Source: Schizochytrium sp. TIO01
Lineage: Eukaryota > Protista > Bigyra: Labyrinthulomycetes
Length of the DNA: 64,000 nucleotides
NCBI GenBank assembly: GCA_004764695.1
Contig: SMSO01000032.1
Location: 806,001-870,000 of the forward strand
Reading direction: 5' to 3'
The notes below the pieces were generated by a model. The model saw nothing but the letters and a program-made list of their open reading frames with translations. It made no database searches and was not told the DNA's origin. How positions within the stretch are numbered: the stretch's first letter is position 1; each line of letters opens with the position of its first letter. Position numbers and translations under genes: made by a program. This document shows, one piece after another, positions 44,814-55,477 of this stretch.

Positions 44814-46880
44814 ATGGAGGAGACGATGCCTTTGTCTGCAAACACCGCTCAGTCAAATAGCGACAGTGACACCTTAGCAGGTTTGGAAGTTCCGCAACAA
44901 TGCGCTGAGGTCTCACCTTCGACGCAGTCTCGCGAACAGGTCATTGTATCTGTAAGCGACACGGAGGAGAGTGCTGATGAGGATGAGACAGTTGATGAAG
45001 ACAAGATTGAGATCATCAGTGGGCCGCTCGAATCTCTGCATGTTGAAAACGTTCAAGGATACGAGTCACCGGATCTGAAAACCTTAATGATGAGCCCTCT
45101 AGAACTACACCTCCATGCTAGCCCAGGGATATGGAAGCTTAGCGCATGGATTCCACAAAGCGGGCAAGGATTCACGAAGAATCACCGGGTGATTGGCCGC
45201 ATGACAGGAAACATGATTCGTCAACTCCAGATCACAGTTTCAATCCTAAATGGTAGGGATATCAAAAGTACCGATCTCTCAGTTCGCACAACTAAAGTTC
45301 GCAAAAGCATAACTATAGAAGTCCCAACCCAGTTGACCTTGCTGCAACTTAAATTCGAAACACGGGCCATGTTTATGCCTCTCGTGTTCCGATTCTCGCT
45401 TGAACGCCTTCCGATGACCAGTGACCAGGGAATTCCATCTTCATCCTCGTCCAGTCAAATATCTGAGCTTCTTAATAACGAAGAAGAAGAAGAAGAAGAA
45501 GAAGAAGAAGAAACCAAACTTGTACAAGTTTACCCAGAGCGATATTCTATCGAATGGCTTGAACAAAGGTTTACCCGATTGCCCATTGAAGATAAACTCA
45601 AATTCGCAAAAGTTGTCTGGGAAGCACAGAAGCAAGGTTGGCAGCCCCTGGAAGGTGCTTCTGCTGCAACCTACGATAACTCCATGGCTATCAAAGTTAT
45701 GCAAGCTTCGAGTACATATAAAGACAAAGCTTATGCAGCTGGCCTTATTCGTCCCTTTCTGCTCCTTGCATCAATGCATCCGGGTCGTCGTACGGCATGG
45801 GCATTCTCGCTAAACATAAATTTAGTTAGAAGCTCAAAATACGGCAATGCACACTGGGAAGCATATAAAATACTTACACACTCACGCTATGGCATTGTTG
45901 CACGAGCAACCCATACATTCCGCGAAAAAGCGAACCCTGTATCTCGCGCACTTGACTGGTATCAACTATTGCATCGAGTTCTTACCGTAGTACTATCTAC
46001 CCGACGAGCAGGTCCGTTGCGTATCTTTCAGAAGGAGAAAATGGAGCCAGAGCTATTGCGAGAACTCAACGACGCAAAAGTAGGAAAAGGGGTTTCGCGA
46101 GTTTGGAGTCAGAGTGAATTAGCAGCGGTGAACCCTATGCGCCTCGAAAATGTATTTTCACAGCAGTTTTTAACTGCTCGTGCAGAGATGGTGTTCCCTA
46201 ATGGAGTGTTCCATTTCCCTGGTTGTCGATGCCTTTCAAGTTCTGGCGATGCTGATCATAATGATGAAATGAAGCCGTTCGAATCCCGAGATGGGGACAC
46301 GAAGCAGTATGCAAACGAAACAGAGACTGCGTGTTGTGCGTCTGCCGCTAATATTTCGAGAGAACAATTCAGGGATCTTGCCCTCAATCTCGTTGAGAGC
46401 TCTGAAGAACTCTCTGCGAAAGCAAAATTGCTTCGTAAGCATGGGTTCACCGATGATCACAATATTGCTATTGCAGTTCTAAGTGCCTATAAACGTTCTG
46501 CTCTGCCAATCGCGTTTGAGAGTCTAAGCACAGGCCACGGAGATGAAGATGATGACCAGGTTTGTGCAGCCTGGAATCCTCAATGGGGTTCCCAAGCGCA
46601 TTTGTATGATATCGAATTTCAAGAGACTGTGCGTGCCAAAATGCGACAAGAATCTAGCTTCCTTCAAGCTCAAACTATCATAGGCACAGCTGTCCCCATA
46701 ATTCTTGCATCGCTTGCAATTACTCCAGGAGCGGTTGCCGCAATTGTTCTGGCTCGCACTGCAGTCAAACGAGTTTACAAAGATGTGCCGGCAAGTCTTG
46801 CAGGCATTCTCGCTGGTCTCGTTATGCAGCGATATTGGCTGGCAATGAGTGATATCGGCGTCGAGCAGTTTTACGACTAA
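44814..46880 (+). CDS. Hypothetical protein, 688 aa, with acidic N-terminus, poly-E tract and C-terminal hydrophobic helices
   Basis: Long ATG-initiated ORF with ordinary globular composition. No family recognised. Confidence 0.8.
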   Translation: MEETMPLSANTAQSNSDSDTLAGLEVPQQCAEVSPSTQSREQVIVSVSDTEESADEDETVDEDKIEIISGPLESLHVENVQGYESPDLKTLMMSPLELHLHASPGIWKLSAWIPQSGQGFTKNHRVIGRMTGNMIRQLQITVSILNGRDIKSTDLSVRTTKVRKSITIEVPTQLTLLQLKFETRAMFMPLVFRFSLERLPMTSDQGIPSSSSSSQISELLNNEEEEEEEEEEETKLVQVYPERYSIEWLEQRFTRLPIEDKLKFAKVVWEAQKQGWQPLEGASAATYDNSMAIKVMQASSTYKDKAYAAGLIRPFLLLASMHPGRRTAWAFSLNINLVRSSKYGNAHWEAYKILTHSRYGIVARATHTFREKANPVSRALDWYQLLHRVLTVVLSTRRAGPLRIFQKEKMEPELLRELNDAKVGKGVSRVWSQSELAAVNPMRLENVFSQQFLTARAEMVFPNGVFHFPGCRCLSSSGDADHNDEMKPFESRDGDTKQYANETETACCASAANISREQFRDLALNLVESSEELSAKAKLLRKHGFTDDHNIAIAVLSAYKRSALPIAFESLSTGHGDEDDDQVCAAWNPQWGSQAHLYDIEFQETVRAKMRQESSFLQAQTIIGTAVPIILASLAITPGAVAAIVLARTAVKRVYKDVPASLAGILAGLVMQRYWLAMSDIGVEQFYD

Positions 46881-47649
46881 TTTGCTGGTTGTTTTATTAA
46901 TCTGGGACATCCCGAAAAAAAGTTTTATAAAACATACAAGTTATTGCATTTTTTATCCAAAGCGTTAAATTATCTCTCAGCATTCATGTGGTCCACCCGC
47001 GCTCTATGCATGACTTATTCTACCGCTCTTTTCTGCTAGGTACCAACTGTCTTGTATAATTAACTTGAAAACATACGCCTGTTGTTCCTCATTCAGTAAT
47101 GTGACAATGGCTATAAACCTCACCGCTCTTTCTGTGCACGTTCCGCCAGCGATCCTTGCCTCAGATTCTTTCCCGAAATGCCCTTTGGCCTCCTATCATT
47201 AGTCTCACTGATTTTGCAACAGATCATTCGCGTCATTTCCAGTCTTCATCTGAATCTGAAGCAAAGAATAACCCAATACGAAACCATAAGTTTCGGAGAG
47301 CACAGAGCTAAATACAGAAATCAAGAAAATAAAGCCTCAGAAAAGTAATTGAAAGTAAATGCTGTTTTCAGGATCGAATTGCAAGTGGCCCATAAATTGG
47401 CTTACTATCGAATAAATGTTTAATGTCTAAATTTAACTATTATTTTATTTCATAATGTTACAAAAACAATAATATTTACTTTTTAAAAACAGAATATGAT
47501 ATGGCACCACAGATATACAAAATAGGCCTTTTCAGCTCACGCAACTTCAAAGGAGTTTTTGCTCAGGGTAATCAATTGATCAAGCTTTTGTTGATCCAAT
47601 TGTAGATCGATCTTCACTGGGTTTGGAGATCGTTTTTTGCTCCTGTAGC

Positions 47650-50600
47650 ATGAACGTGAGTTTAGATGACCAACGTGCGCCGCGCCTCACATGCTTCTTG
47701 AGGTCGCTTGAGGCTTGTGGCGGCGGCGAGAATGGCCAAGGGAATGGAATCGCCTCGACGAGGCTCACTCAGTCTGAGGTGGTGCTCAAGCGCCGCGAAA
47801 AGCTCATGGAGGCTGTGAAAAGTTTGGAGAAAATCAGCGATAGTGATATCGATGATGGATTTGGCAATTTAGGATTTTCATGGGAATCATTGCAGCGTGG
47901 AAGGCCCGTGAAGGCAGGCATGAGAGCTAAATTCACAAAATTCATGGAGCTCTGCGCCGATTTCGCTGGGGATGAAGAGCAATCTGTTGGAGAGCGTTTG
48001 CAAGATATTGGCAGAGATCTCTTTGTCGGGTTTAACCAAGAGCCAGGCCTTAAAAAGCTTGACATTGAGCTCAAGCTTGGCAACCCAGCTGTGAAGAAAG
48101 CAGATGTTGTCGAGGCGCGATCTCTCGCGCGGGAAATTCACACTTGGGCAAGCGAGACGCCCGTCTCAACTGGGGGGAAAACAACTCAAGCCCCCCCACT
48201 AAATGCTCAACGCTACACAGTTCCCTCTGCATTTGATCCGGAAACTGTGGAGGAAGCAGAGGATGAGGGCTTCCCTTCTCAGGATGTTGAAGACTCTGAG
48301 ATCGAGACCTTTGACATCGGTTCTTCAGCACAAGCGGCTAGTACTCCTGTCGAAGACCCGATTCAATGGCTAGAAACCCAGTGCATGATCCATGTTTCAC
48401 AGCTCGAGCACAGCAACGCCATGAGTGGCGCAGATCTGTCTGCATCAGTTCGCGCTTTGCTTTCGAGTGATGCTTCAGATGATGAACTGCAGGGGCAGCT
48501 CTTTGATTTGCTTGGCATGAGTGATAATACCTTTGAACTTATCGCATTGCTTCTAGGCAGGCGTGCTGATATCGTTCGTGGTAAGTCAGTCTCGGGTTCA
48601 GGTAACACAGGTGCCACTCGAGCAGTCAGCAATAGTACTTTAAATCCGTCGGCTAGCTCGTCAGGATTTGTCATGCCAAACTTTGCCCCTGCTTCGCGAT
48701 CCCCACAAGGAAGCGGACAGAACATCACAGTTCGCCTTGATGCTAATGACCCAGCGGAGAAGAATGCACGCAGAGTGGCACTTCCTGTGATCCAGAATGG
48801 TGCGCGTCCAGCAGGAACTCGCGAAGAGCATCTCACTATGGAGCGCATCACTGGCCCTGGCGCTGATGGGGAAGGAGACGAGGCGAAGGGCCGCTATGTA
48901 CAGGTTGAGGTCCCTGCTCCAAAACGCAAATTTCGTCCTGATGATGACGTCCGGGTTCCAATCACTGCCTTTGGTAGTCTTGCACAAATTGCCTTTGAGG
49001 GGATTCCCTGTTTGAACCGCCTCCAGTCTGCAGTGTTTACCATGGCCTACCATACAAATAACAACCTTCTTGTATGCGCACCCACTGGCGCAGGTAAGAC
49101 CAATGTTGCGATGACGGCGGTTGTACGCGAAATCGAGCAGCATGCTGAGGACATTCACGCTGTAAAGATTATTTATGTGGCTCCCATGAAGGCCCTGGCT
49201 CAGGAGGTGGTGGAAAAGTTTGGCGAGCGTCTTAAACCTCTTGGCATCAAAGTACGCGAGCTGACCGGTGACATGCAGCTGACTCGTGCAGAGATCGAGA
49301 AAACCCAACTCATCGTCACAACACCTGAAAAGTGGGATGTGATTACACGAAAGAGTGGTGATGGTACCCTCGTGGAGGCTGTAGGCCTTCTCATAATTGA
49401 TGAGGTTCATTTGATTGGTGAAGACCGTGGTCCTGTTATTGAATCTCTTGTGGCACGTACACTCCGACTAGTCGAGCAAAAACAACGAATGGTTCGTATT
49501 GTGGGCCTCAGTGCAACCTTACCTAATTATCGAGATGCTGCCGAGTTTTTGCGTGTAGACCCAAACAATGGTCTCTTCTTTTTTGACAATGCGTATCGCC
49601 CTGTTCCCTTAGATCAAACTTTCATTGGCGTCATTGAGAAAAATGTGCAAAAGAAGCTTGCAATGTACAACGATCTGGCGTTCGAAAAGGCTGTCGATTC
49701 CATCCGAAGAGGACACCAGGTCATGATTTTTGTTCACTCGCGCAAAGATACCGGTAAGACTGCGCGGGCGCTGTTAGAAGCTGCACAAAAGCGCAACACA
49801 CATGTTTTTGGATCTTCGGAGTACGTTATTAACTCGAAAAGCCGTGACCATTTCACGAAGGAGGTGGCGAAATCAAAAAGTGGAGAACTTCGAGAGTTGT
49901 TTCAGTCAGGTATTGGTGTTCATCATGCAGGCATGCTCCGCGCGGATCGGTCACTTACAGAAAAAATGTTTGCAAAGCAGGCAATCTCGGTCTTGTGCTG
50001 TACAGCAACCTTGGCATGGGGTGTCAACTTGCCTGTACACACTGTTATCATTAAGGGCACACAAATTTATGTTGCTGAAAAGGGTGGCTTGGTTGAGTTG
50101 AATATGCAGGATGTCTTCCAGTGCTTCGGACGTGCAGGAAGACCCCAGTATGACACACGTGGTGAGGCTGTTCTCATCACTGAGAAAGAGCAGCTCAACC
50201 GCTACTTGAGCATGCTTAACCATGCTCTCCCTCTCGAGTCACAGCTTGATAAACATCTTCCTGATGCTCTCAATGCTGAGATCGTTTCTGGCACAGTGAC
50301 GAACCTTGAAGAAGCTGCGGAGTGGCTGTCTTACACCTTTCTTCATATCCGAATGATGCGAAACCCCATTCGTTATGGTATTACACACAAGGAACAAGAA
50401 GAAGACCCTACATTGCTGCGGCGTCGTGCAGAGCTCATTGTGTCGGCAGCTCGTGAGCTTGATCGCGCAAAGATGTCTCGATTTGCCCTTGGGCCTCGTA
50501 CCTCGGTAGCTATGGGCCGTTCTGCAATCCCGGACCTCCAGGCGCCATTTGGAGTTACAGACCTTGGTCGTGTGGCGTCTCACTTTTATATTGGTCATGG

Positions 50601-53600
50601 TACTATCGAGGAGTTCAACACCAAGTTGAAACCTGGTCTCACTGATGCACAAGTTCTCGATGTATTGTGCCACGCATCTGAGTTTGATAACCTCAAGGTG
50701 CGCGAAGAAGAGATTTCTGAGCTCGGGAAGCTCCGCAAATCTGCTTGTGCGCTTGAGGTCATTTCCCCAGCAGACTCTACTCGGGGCAAAGCCTGTATTC
50801 TTTTCCAAGCGTATATCACTCGTGCTTTTGTGCGAAGCTTTACATTGTCTTCGGACATGAGCTACATCTCGCAAAATATGGGTCGTATCGCTCGAGCAGT
50901 GTTTGAAATTGCGCTTAAAAAGCGCTGGTCTGGTATGGCTGAGCGAATGCTAGCTATTTGCACAGCTTTGGAGAAACGTTGCTGGTGGCCGCCATATTCT
51001 CACCCTCTGCGTCAATTCGTGCCACAGTTCTTTGCTGCAGAGATGGTCAAGAAGTTAGAAGATCGTGGTGAATCCTGCAATATCGAGAATCTGGTTGAGA
51101 TGGATGCTGGCGAGATTAGCTCTATGCTTCGTCACCAGCGTATTGGAGATAAGATTCTCCGAGTATCGCGTCATGTTCCGTATCTTCAGGTTGAAGCCCA
51201 CCTGCAACCACTTACACGTACTATCCTTAGGGTTTCATTAGACATCTTCCCCGACTTTGATTGGAATGATCGTGTACACGGTTCTGCACAATCTTTCTGG
51301 TTTTGGGTAGATGATCAGAACTCAGAGTGGATATACCATGCTGAAAGATTTACTCTACGCAAACCGGATTGGAAGGCAGCTCGTCGTGCACGCCATCAGA
51401 GTACTGGTGAAGATGAGGGCGAAAGCGAATCTACCGATGATTTTGTGGATTCTAAGCTTCATCCCGCTCTAGCTGCTCTCGCATTGCAGAACAATAGTTC
51501 AACTCGTCGGGAATTCACAATTCCCATCTTCGAGCCTTTGCCACCTCAATATTACCTTCGCATTTTTAGTGATACCTGGTTTGGCTCTGAAGCTGTAGTT
51601 CCGTTGACGCTGGATAAGCTTGTGCTGCCGGCAAAGGTCAAACAACATACCGACCTTTTGGCGCTGTCCCCTCTCCCTCGCACTGCTTTGCACGATGAGT
51701 ACTTTGAACGTATGTATGCACGCAAATTCTCTCATTTCAACCCAATCCAGACTCAGATCTTCCATGTCATGTACCACACTGATGAGAACGTCTTGCTTGG
51801 CGCACCTACAGGTTCTGGTAAAACTATATCATCAGAACTTGCACTACTTCGTGTGTTTAAAAACTATCCCAAACAAAAAGTAGTTTATATTGCGCCTCTC
51901 AAGGCTCTCGTTGCAGAGCGCTCAAAAGAGTGGCAGGAAACTCTTGGCAAACAGCTTGGCAAGCAGGTTGTGGAGTTTACAGGTGATGTAACCCCTGATC
52001 CAGGCATTTTACGTCGTGCGGACGTTTTGATTACTACACCCGAAAAGTGGGATGGTGCATCGCGTATGTGGCAAGACCGGTCCTATGTGAAGCAAGTTCG
52101 CTTAGTTATCATTGATGAGATCCACTTGCTCGGCGAAGAGCGTGGCGCAGTTCTTGAAGTGATTGTAACTCGAATGCGCTATATCGCAGAAACAACTGGT
52201 CAACCTGTACGTATCGTTGGCCTTTCTACTGCCCTGGCAAATGCTCACGATCTTGCAAGCTGGTTGGGCATTCAGAACGATATTGGGCTTTACAATTTTA
52301 GGCCCGCTGTGCGTCCTGTGCCCCTTGAAGCTCATATTCACGGGTTCCCGGGTAAGCACTATTGCCCTCGTATGGCAACGATGACGAAACCTGCTTACCA
52401 GGCTATTTTGACACACTCACCTACCAAACCGGTGCTCATTTTTGTAGCATCTCGTCGTCAAACACGCATCACTTCAATGGACCTTATTTCACTTTGTGCT
52501 TCATCTGATAACCCGCGCCGTTTCTTGCACATGGATTCCCAAGATATGGAAGCAATCATTCAATCCGGTATTGATGATGACACCTTACGCCATACATTGG
52601 CATTTGGAATTGGTATCCATCACGCTGGTCTATCTCCTCGCAATCGTGAAATTGTGGAAGAGCTCTTTGTGAATGGCAAAATTCAAATCCTCGTCTGTAC
52701 CTCCACGCTTGCATGGGGTGTCAACTTTCCGGCACATCTGGTTGTCATTAAGGGTACTGAATACTATGATGCAAAGACGAAAAGGTATCAACCATTTCCG
52801 GTCACTGATGTGCTGCAGATGATGGGTCGTGCTGGTCGTCCACAATTCGATCAAGAAGGTGTTGCAATGATCTTTGTTGAGGAATCTCTAAAGGACTTTT
52901 ACAAGAAGTTTTTATATGAGCCTTTCCCCGTTGAGAGCCATTTAGCAGAATTTTTGCACAACCACCTGAACGCTGAAATTGCATCTGGATCAATCAACAG
53001 CGAGCGCGAAGCTTTAGATTACCTTTCATGGACATACTTTTTCCGTCGCTTGCCGGCCAATCCATCATACTATGGTTTGGATAGTGCTGATTCAAATGCA
53101 GTTGCCTTGTTTCTGATTCGTCTGGTCAGGCAGATTCTTCATGACCTGGAGCGCACAGGTTGCATTCGTTTGCAGGATCGCAAAACGGGTTTTGCTGCTA
53201 GCACAGGCACAACTCTTGCAAACGGAAAACGTGGCACCTGGAATACGGAGACCTCAGTAACCTCAAAGACTGACAAGGAAATGCTAGACAAAAATCTGAA
53301 GAATGTGATTGTCGTGCCTACGCGTGCTGGCAAAGTGGCAGCCTTTTACTACCTGGATTACCGCACCGTGGATCTATTCTGCGGATTTGTTGAGAATCAT
53401 CCTCGTGGCATTCCACAAGAAAAGCTTTTGCGTGAGGTTTTAGAGGTAGTGGCAGGCGCACACGAATTTGCCGAAGTTCCTGTTCGTCACAATGAAGACT
53501 TGCTGAATCGTGACTTTAGTGAAGCTTTGCCTTGGGATCCATTTAACACGTGGTCTGCCGAAGACCCACATTGTAAAGCATATCTCCTTTTGCAGGCACA

Positions 53601-54291
53601 CTGCAAGGGGGTACCGATGCCGATTAAGGATTACGTTGGTGATTTGCGATCAGTCCTTGATCAAGCTGCGCGTGTCTTGTCAGCTCTCATAGAGATTGCA
53701 GCTGATGCTGGAGATTTAGAGGTTGCTCTTGCTGCTAATCGTATCTCCCAAAGTCTCATGCAGGGACGTTGGTTCACAGATTCTCCCCTTCTTCAACTTC
53801 CGGGTGTGAAGCGTGGTTTGGCTGGTGATCTCGAGAAACGAATCCCAGAAGGACCTAAAGATACGGAACGTGAAGAGTGCCTGTTGCGCATCGCAGCGAA
53901 GAATCTGCGCGCACTCAATGTGCCAAAACCGGCAAAGGCTGTCATCAAAGCTTTCCCAGAGTTTGAATTGACAAGTGAGATTGAAGATGCAGGCAGTATG
54001 CTCCATATGGTACTCGAACTCATGAATAAGGATACCGCCAAGGTAGAGTTGCATGGTACCGCCCCGCTTATTAAATTTAAGCAGCATGCTTGGTGGGTTA
54101 TTGTCTGCAACGAGGAAAATAAAATCCTTCATGCGAAGCACTTGATTGGTATGCCTCAGCGCCCTGTTGACATGCGATTTGTTTGCAATCCAAGAAATCC
54201 TCCAACATCGGTGCAAGTTGTGTCAGGAGCGGTCCATGGACTTACCCAGAATTTCCCTATTAAGCCTTTGCCTACCTCCTACAAGGAATAA
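47650..54291 (+). CDS. ASCC3: Activating signal cointegrator 1 complex subunit 3 / Slh1-type tandem Ski2-like helicase with Sec63 domains, about 2213 aa
   Basis: Two helicase cassettes (APTGAGKT/DEVH/GRAGRPQYD and APTGSGKT/DEIH/GRAGRPQFD), plus GFPGKHYCPRM. N-terminal APRLTCFLRS matches ASCC3 PRLTGALRS. First ATG at 47650. Confidence 0.93.
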   Translation: MNVSLDDQRAPRLTCFLRSLEACGGGENGQGNGIASTRLTQSEVVLKRREKLMEAVKSLEKISDSDIDDGFGNLGFSWESLQRGRPVKAGMRAKFTKFMELCADFAGDEEQSVGERLQDIGRDLFVGFNQEPGLKKLDIELKLGNPAVKKADVVEARSLAREIHTWASETPVSTGGKTTQAPPLNAQRYTVPSAFDPETVEEAEDEGFPSQDVEDSEIETFDIGSSAQAASTPVEDPIQWLETQCMIHVSQLEHSNAMSGADLSASVRALLSSDASDDELQGQLFDLLGMSDNTFELIALLLGRRADIVRGKSVSGSGNTGATRAVSNSTLNPSASSSGFVMPNFAPASRSPQGSGQNITVRLDANDPAEKNARRVALPVIQNGARPAGTREEHLTMERITGPGADGEGDEAKGRYVQVEVPAPKRKFRPDDDVRVPITAFGSLAQIAFEGIPCLNRLQSAVFTMAYHTNNNLLVCAPTGAGKTNVAMTAVVREIEQHAEDIHAVKIIYVAPMKALAQEVVEKFGERLKPLGIKVRELTGDMQLTRAEIEKTQLIVTTPEKWDVITRKSGDGTLVEAVGLLIIDEVHLIGEDRGPVIESLVARTLRLVEQKQRMVRIVGLSATLPNYRDAAEFLRVDPNNGLFFFDNAYRPVPLDQTFIGVIEKNVQKKLAMYNDLAFEKAVDSIRRGHQVMIFVHSRKDTGKTARALLEAAQKRNTHVFGSSEYVINSKSRDHFTKEVAKSKSGELRELFQSGIGVHHAGMLRADRSLTEKMFAKQAISVLCCTATLAWGVNLPVHTVIIKGTQIYVAEKGGLVELNMQDVFQCFGRAGRPQYDTRGEAVLITEKEQLNRYLSMLNHALPLESQLDKHLPDALNAEIVSGTVTNLEEAAEWLSYTFLHIRMMRNPIRYGITHKEQEEDPTLLRRRAELIVSAARELDRAKMSRFALGPRTSVAMGRSAIPDLQAPFGVTDLGRVASHFYIGHGTIEEFNTKLKPGLTDAQVLDVLCHASEFDNLKVREEEISELGKLRKSACALEVISPADSTRGKACILFQAYITRAFVRSFTLSSDMSYISQNMGRIARAVFEIALKKRWSGMAERMLAICTALEKRCWWPPYSHPLRQFVPQFFAAEMVKKLEDRGESCNIENLVEMDAGEISSMLRHQRIGDKILRVSRHVPYLQVEAHLQPLTRTILRVSLDIFPDFDWNDRVHGSAQSFWFWVDDQNSEWIYHAERFTLRKPDWKAARRARHQSTGEDEGESESTDDFVDSKLHPALAALALQNNSSTRREFTIPIFEPLPPQYYLRIFSDTWFGSEAVVPLTLDKLVLPAKVKQHTDLLALSPLPRTALHDEYFERMYARKFSHFNPIQTQIFHVMYHTDENVLLGAPTGSGKTISSELALLRVFKNYPKQKVVYIAPLKALVAERSKEWQETLGKQLGKQVVEFTGDVTPDPGILRRADVLITTPEKWDGASRMWQDRSYVKQVRLVIIDEIHLLGEERGAVLEVIVTRMRYIAETTGQPVRIVGLSTALANAHDLASWLGIQNDIGLYNFRPAVRPVPLEAHIHGFPGKHYCPRMATMTKPAYQAILTHSPTKPVLIFVASRRQTRITSMDLISLCASSDNPRRFLHMDSQDMEAIIQSGIDDDTLRHTLAFGIGIHHAGLSPRNREIVEELFVNGKIQILVCTSTLAWGVNFPAHLVVIKGTEYYDAKTKRYQPFPVTDVLQMMGRAGRPQFDQEGVAMIFVEESLKDFYKKFLYEPFPVESHLAEFLHNHLNAEIASGSINSEREALDYLSWTYFFRRLPANPSYYGLDSADSNAVALFLIRLVRQILHDLERTGCIRLQDRKTGFAASTGTTLANGKRGTWNTETSVTSKTDKEMLDKNLKNVIVVPTRAGKVAAFYYLDYRTVDLFCGFVENHPRGIPQEKLLREVLEVVAGAHEFAEVPVRHNEDLLNRDFSEALPWDPFNTWSAEDPHCKAYLLLQAHCKGVPMPIKDYVGDLRSVLDQAARVLSALIEIAADAGDLEVALAANRISQSLMQGRWFTDSPLLQLPGVKRGLAGDLEKRIPEGPKDTEREECLLRIAAKNLRALNVPKPAKAVIKAFPEFELTSEIEDAGSMLHMVLELMNKDTAKVELHGTAPLIKFKQHAWWVIVCNEENKILHAKHLIGMPQRPVDMRFVCNPRNPPTSVQVVSGAVHGLTQNFPIKPLPTSYKE

Positions 54292-54634
54292 GTATTAACA
54301 ATATCTTCTCCTCCTTTCTTGTTTCCCACACGGTACTTTGGAGCTAAGTAAGACAGATCTGTCTAACAATCTCTTCGTTGATAGGCTGTCCAGTTGTTGC
54401 AACTTGAGAGGCCAGTCAGCAATGACCGATTTATTGAAAAACTCGAAGACTCAAAGTAAAGGAAACAGCCGTTGACGCAAATCTCTTTCAAACAGGATTC
54501 TGTCCCCGTGCGATCAAGAGCATCCTATATATCACGCACGTCTGAGAACGTGGTGGATAGGTGCTTCATCTTCTAAGATAGATTGATTAAGGATAGAGGC
54601 TCATCAACTGAGGTAGTAGGTTTGCAGCCTTCTG

Positions 54635-55315
54635 ATGGAGGTTCGAAGCTCGATTCCGAAGGTGGGCACCGTAGAGGAGCTTAAGGACTTGCGTAAAAGC
54701 GAGCCTTTACTGGGTGTATACTTCTTTGAAGATTCTGGGGCTTGCCACAAGATTGCCCCGGAGCTGGAGAAACTTGTTACAAGCAAAGAGTATGCCACAG
54801 TCAGGTTTGTTCGGGTAGATTTGTTAACGAGCCCAGAAGTCAAAGAAAAGTATGAAGTAGAATCTGCGCCAAGTTTCATGTTTTATAAGGATGACGCAAG
54901 AGTTGATCACATTGCACAAGGGGATCTTGGGGCAGTGCGCTCAGCCTTGGAAAAACTGACGAAACGAGTACGACGAATAACAACTCTGACTGAATTTGAT
55001 ACTATCAAAACTGTTCACGATCGCTTGATTGTTCACTTCTTTTCGGTGTGGGCTATCGAATGTGAGCGCCTGGCTGAGCTACTTGAAGGATTAGCTTCAG
55101 ATACCTATGATCCTCCTGTTAAATTTGGTCGTGTAGATATTAATGAATGCGAGGCTTTGGCTCGTGAGTTTCAAATCCTGACCGTACCAACTTTCCTCCT
55201 GTTGAGAAACGGGCTCGTCGTCGACCGCTTCGTTGGCGCGCCTAAAGGACGCGAGGCTTTTGATGAAGCAATCAAACAGCTGTCCAAGGATCTAGGGCCA
55301 CCCAAAAATACATAA
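54635..55315 (+). CDS. Tandem two-domain thioredoxin-fold protein with atypical sites (SGAC, WAIEC), 226 aa
   Basis: Two Trx-like units, each with a V.F..VD strand and a cis-Pro loop (APSFMFYK, VPTFLLL). Confidence 0.85.
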   Translation: MEVRSSIPKVGTVEELKDLRKSEPLLGVYFFEDSGACHKIAPELEKLVTSKEYATVRFVRVDLLTSPEVKEKYEVESAPSFMFYKDDARVDHIAQGDLGAVRSALEKLTKRVRRITTLTEFDTIKTVHDRLIVHFFSVWAIECERLAELLEGLASDTYDPPVKFGRVDINECEALAREFQILTVPTFLLLRNGLVVDRFVGAPKGREAFDEAIKQLSKDLGPPKNT

Positions 55316-55477
55316 AGATAAATCTATACGTCTACCTGTTTCGGATTTTCGAAGAGAACGGATATATCCAGATCTGGGTTTGACTTTGTACGAAATAAAA
55401 ACATGAATAATAGAAACATTATGAGTGAAGATTTTTGTTGCAAGTTTCAATGGAGGGGACTATGCGAATATGTTTTG

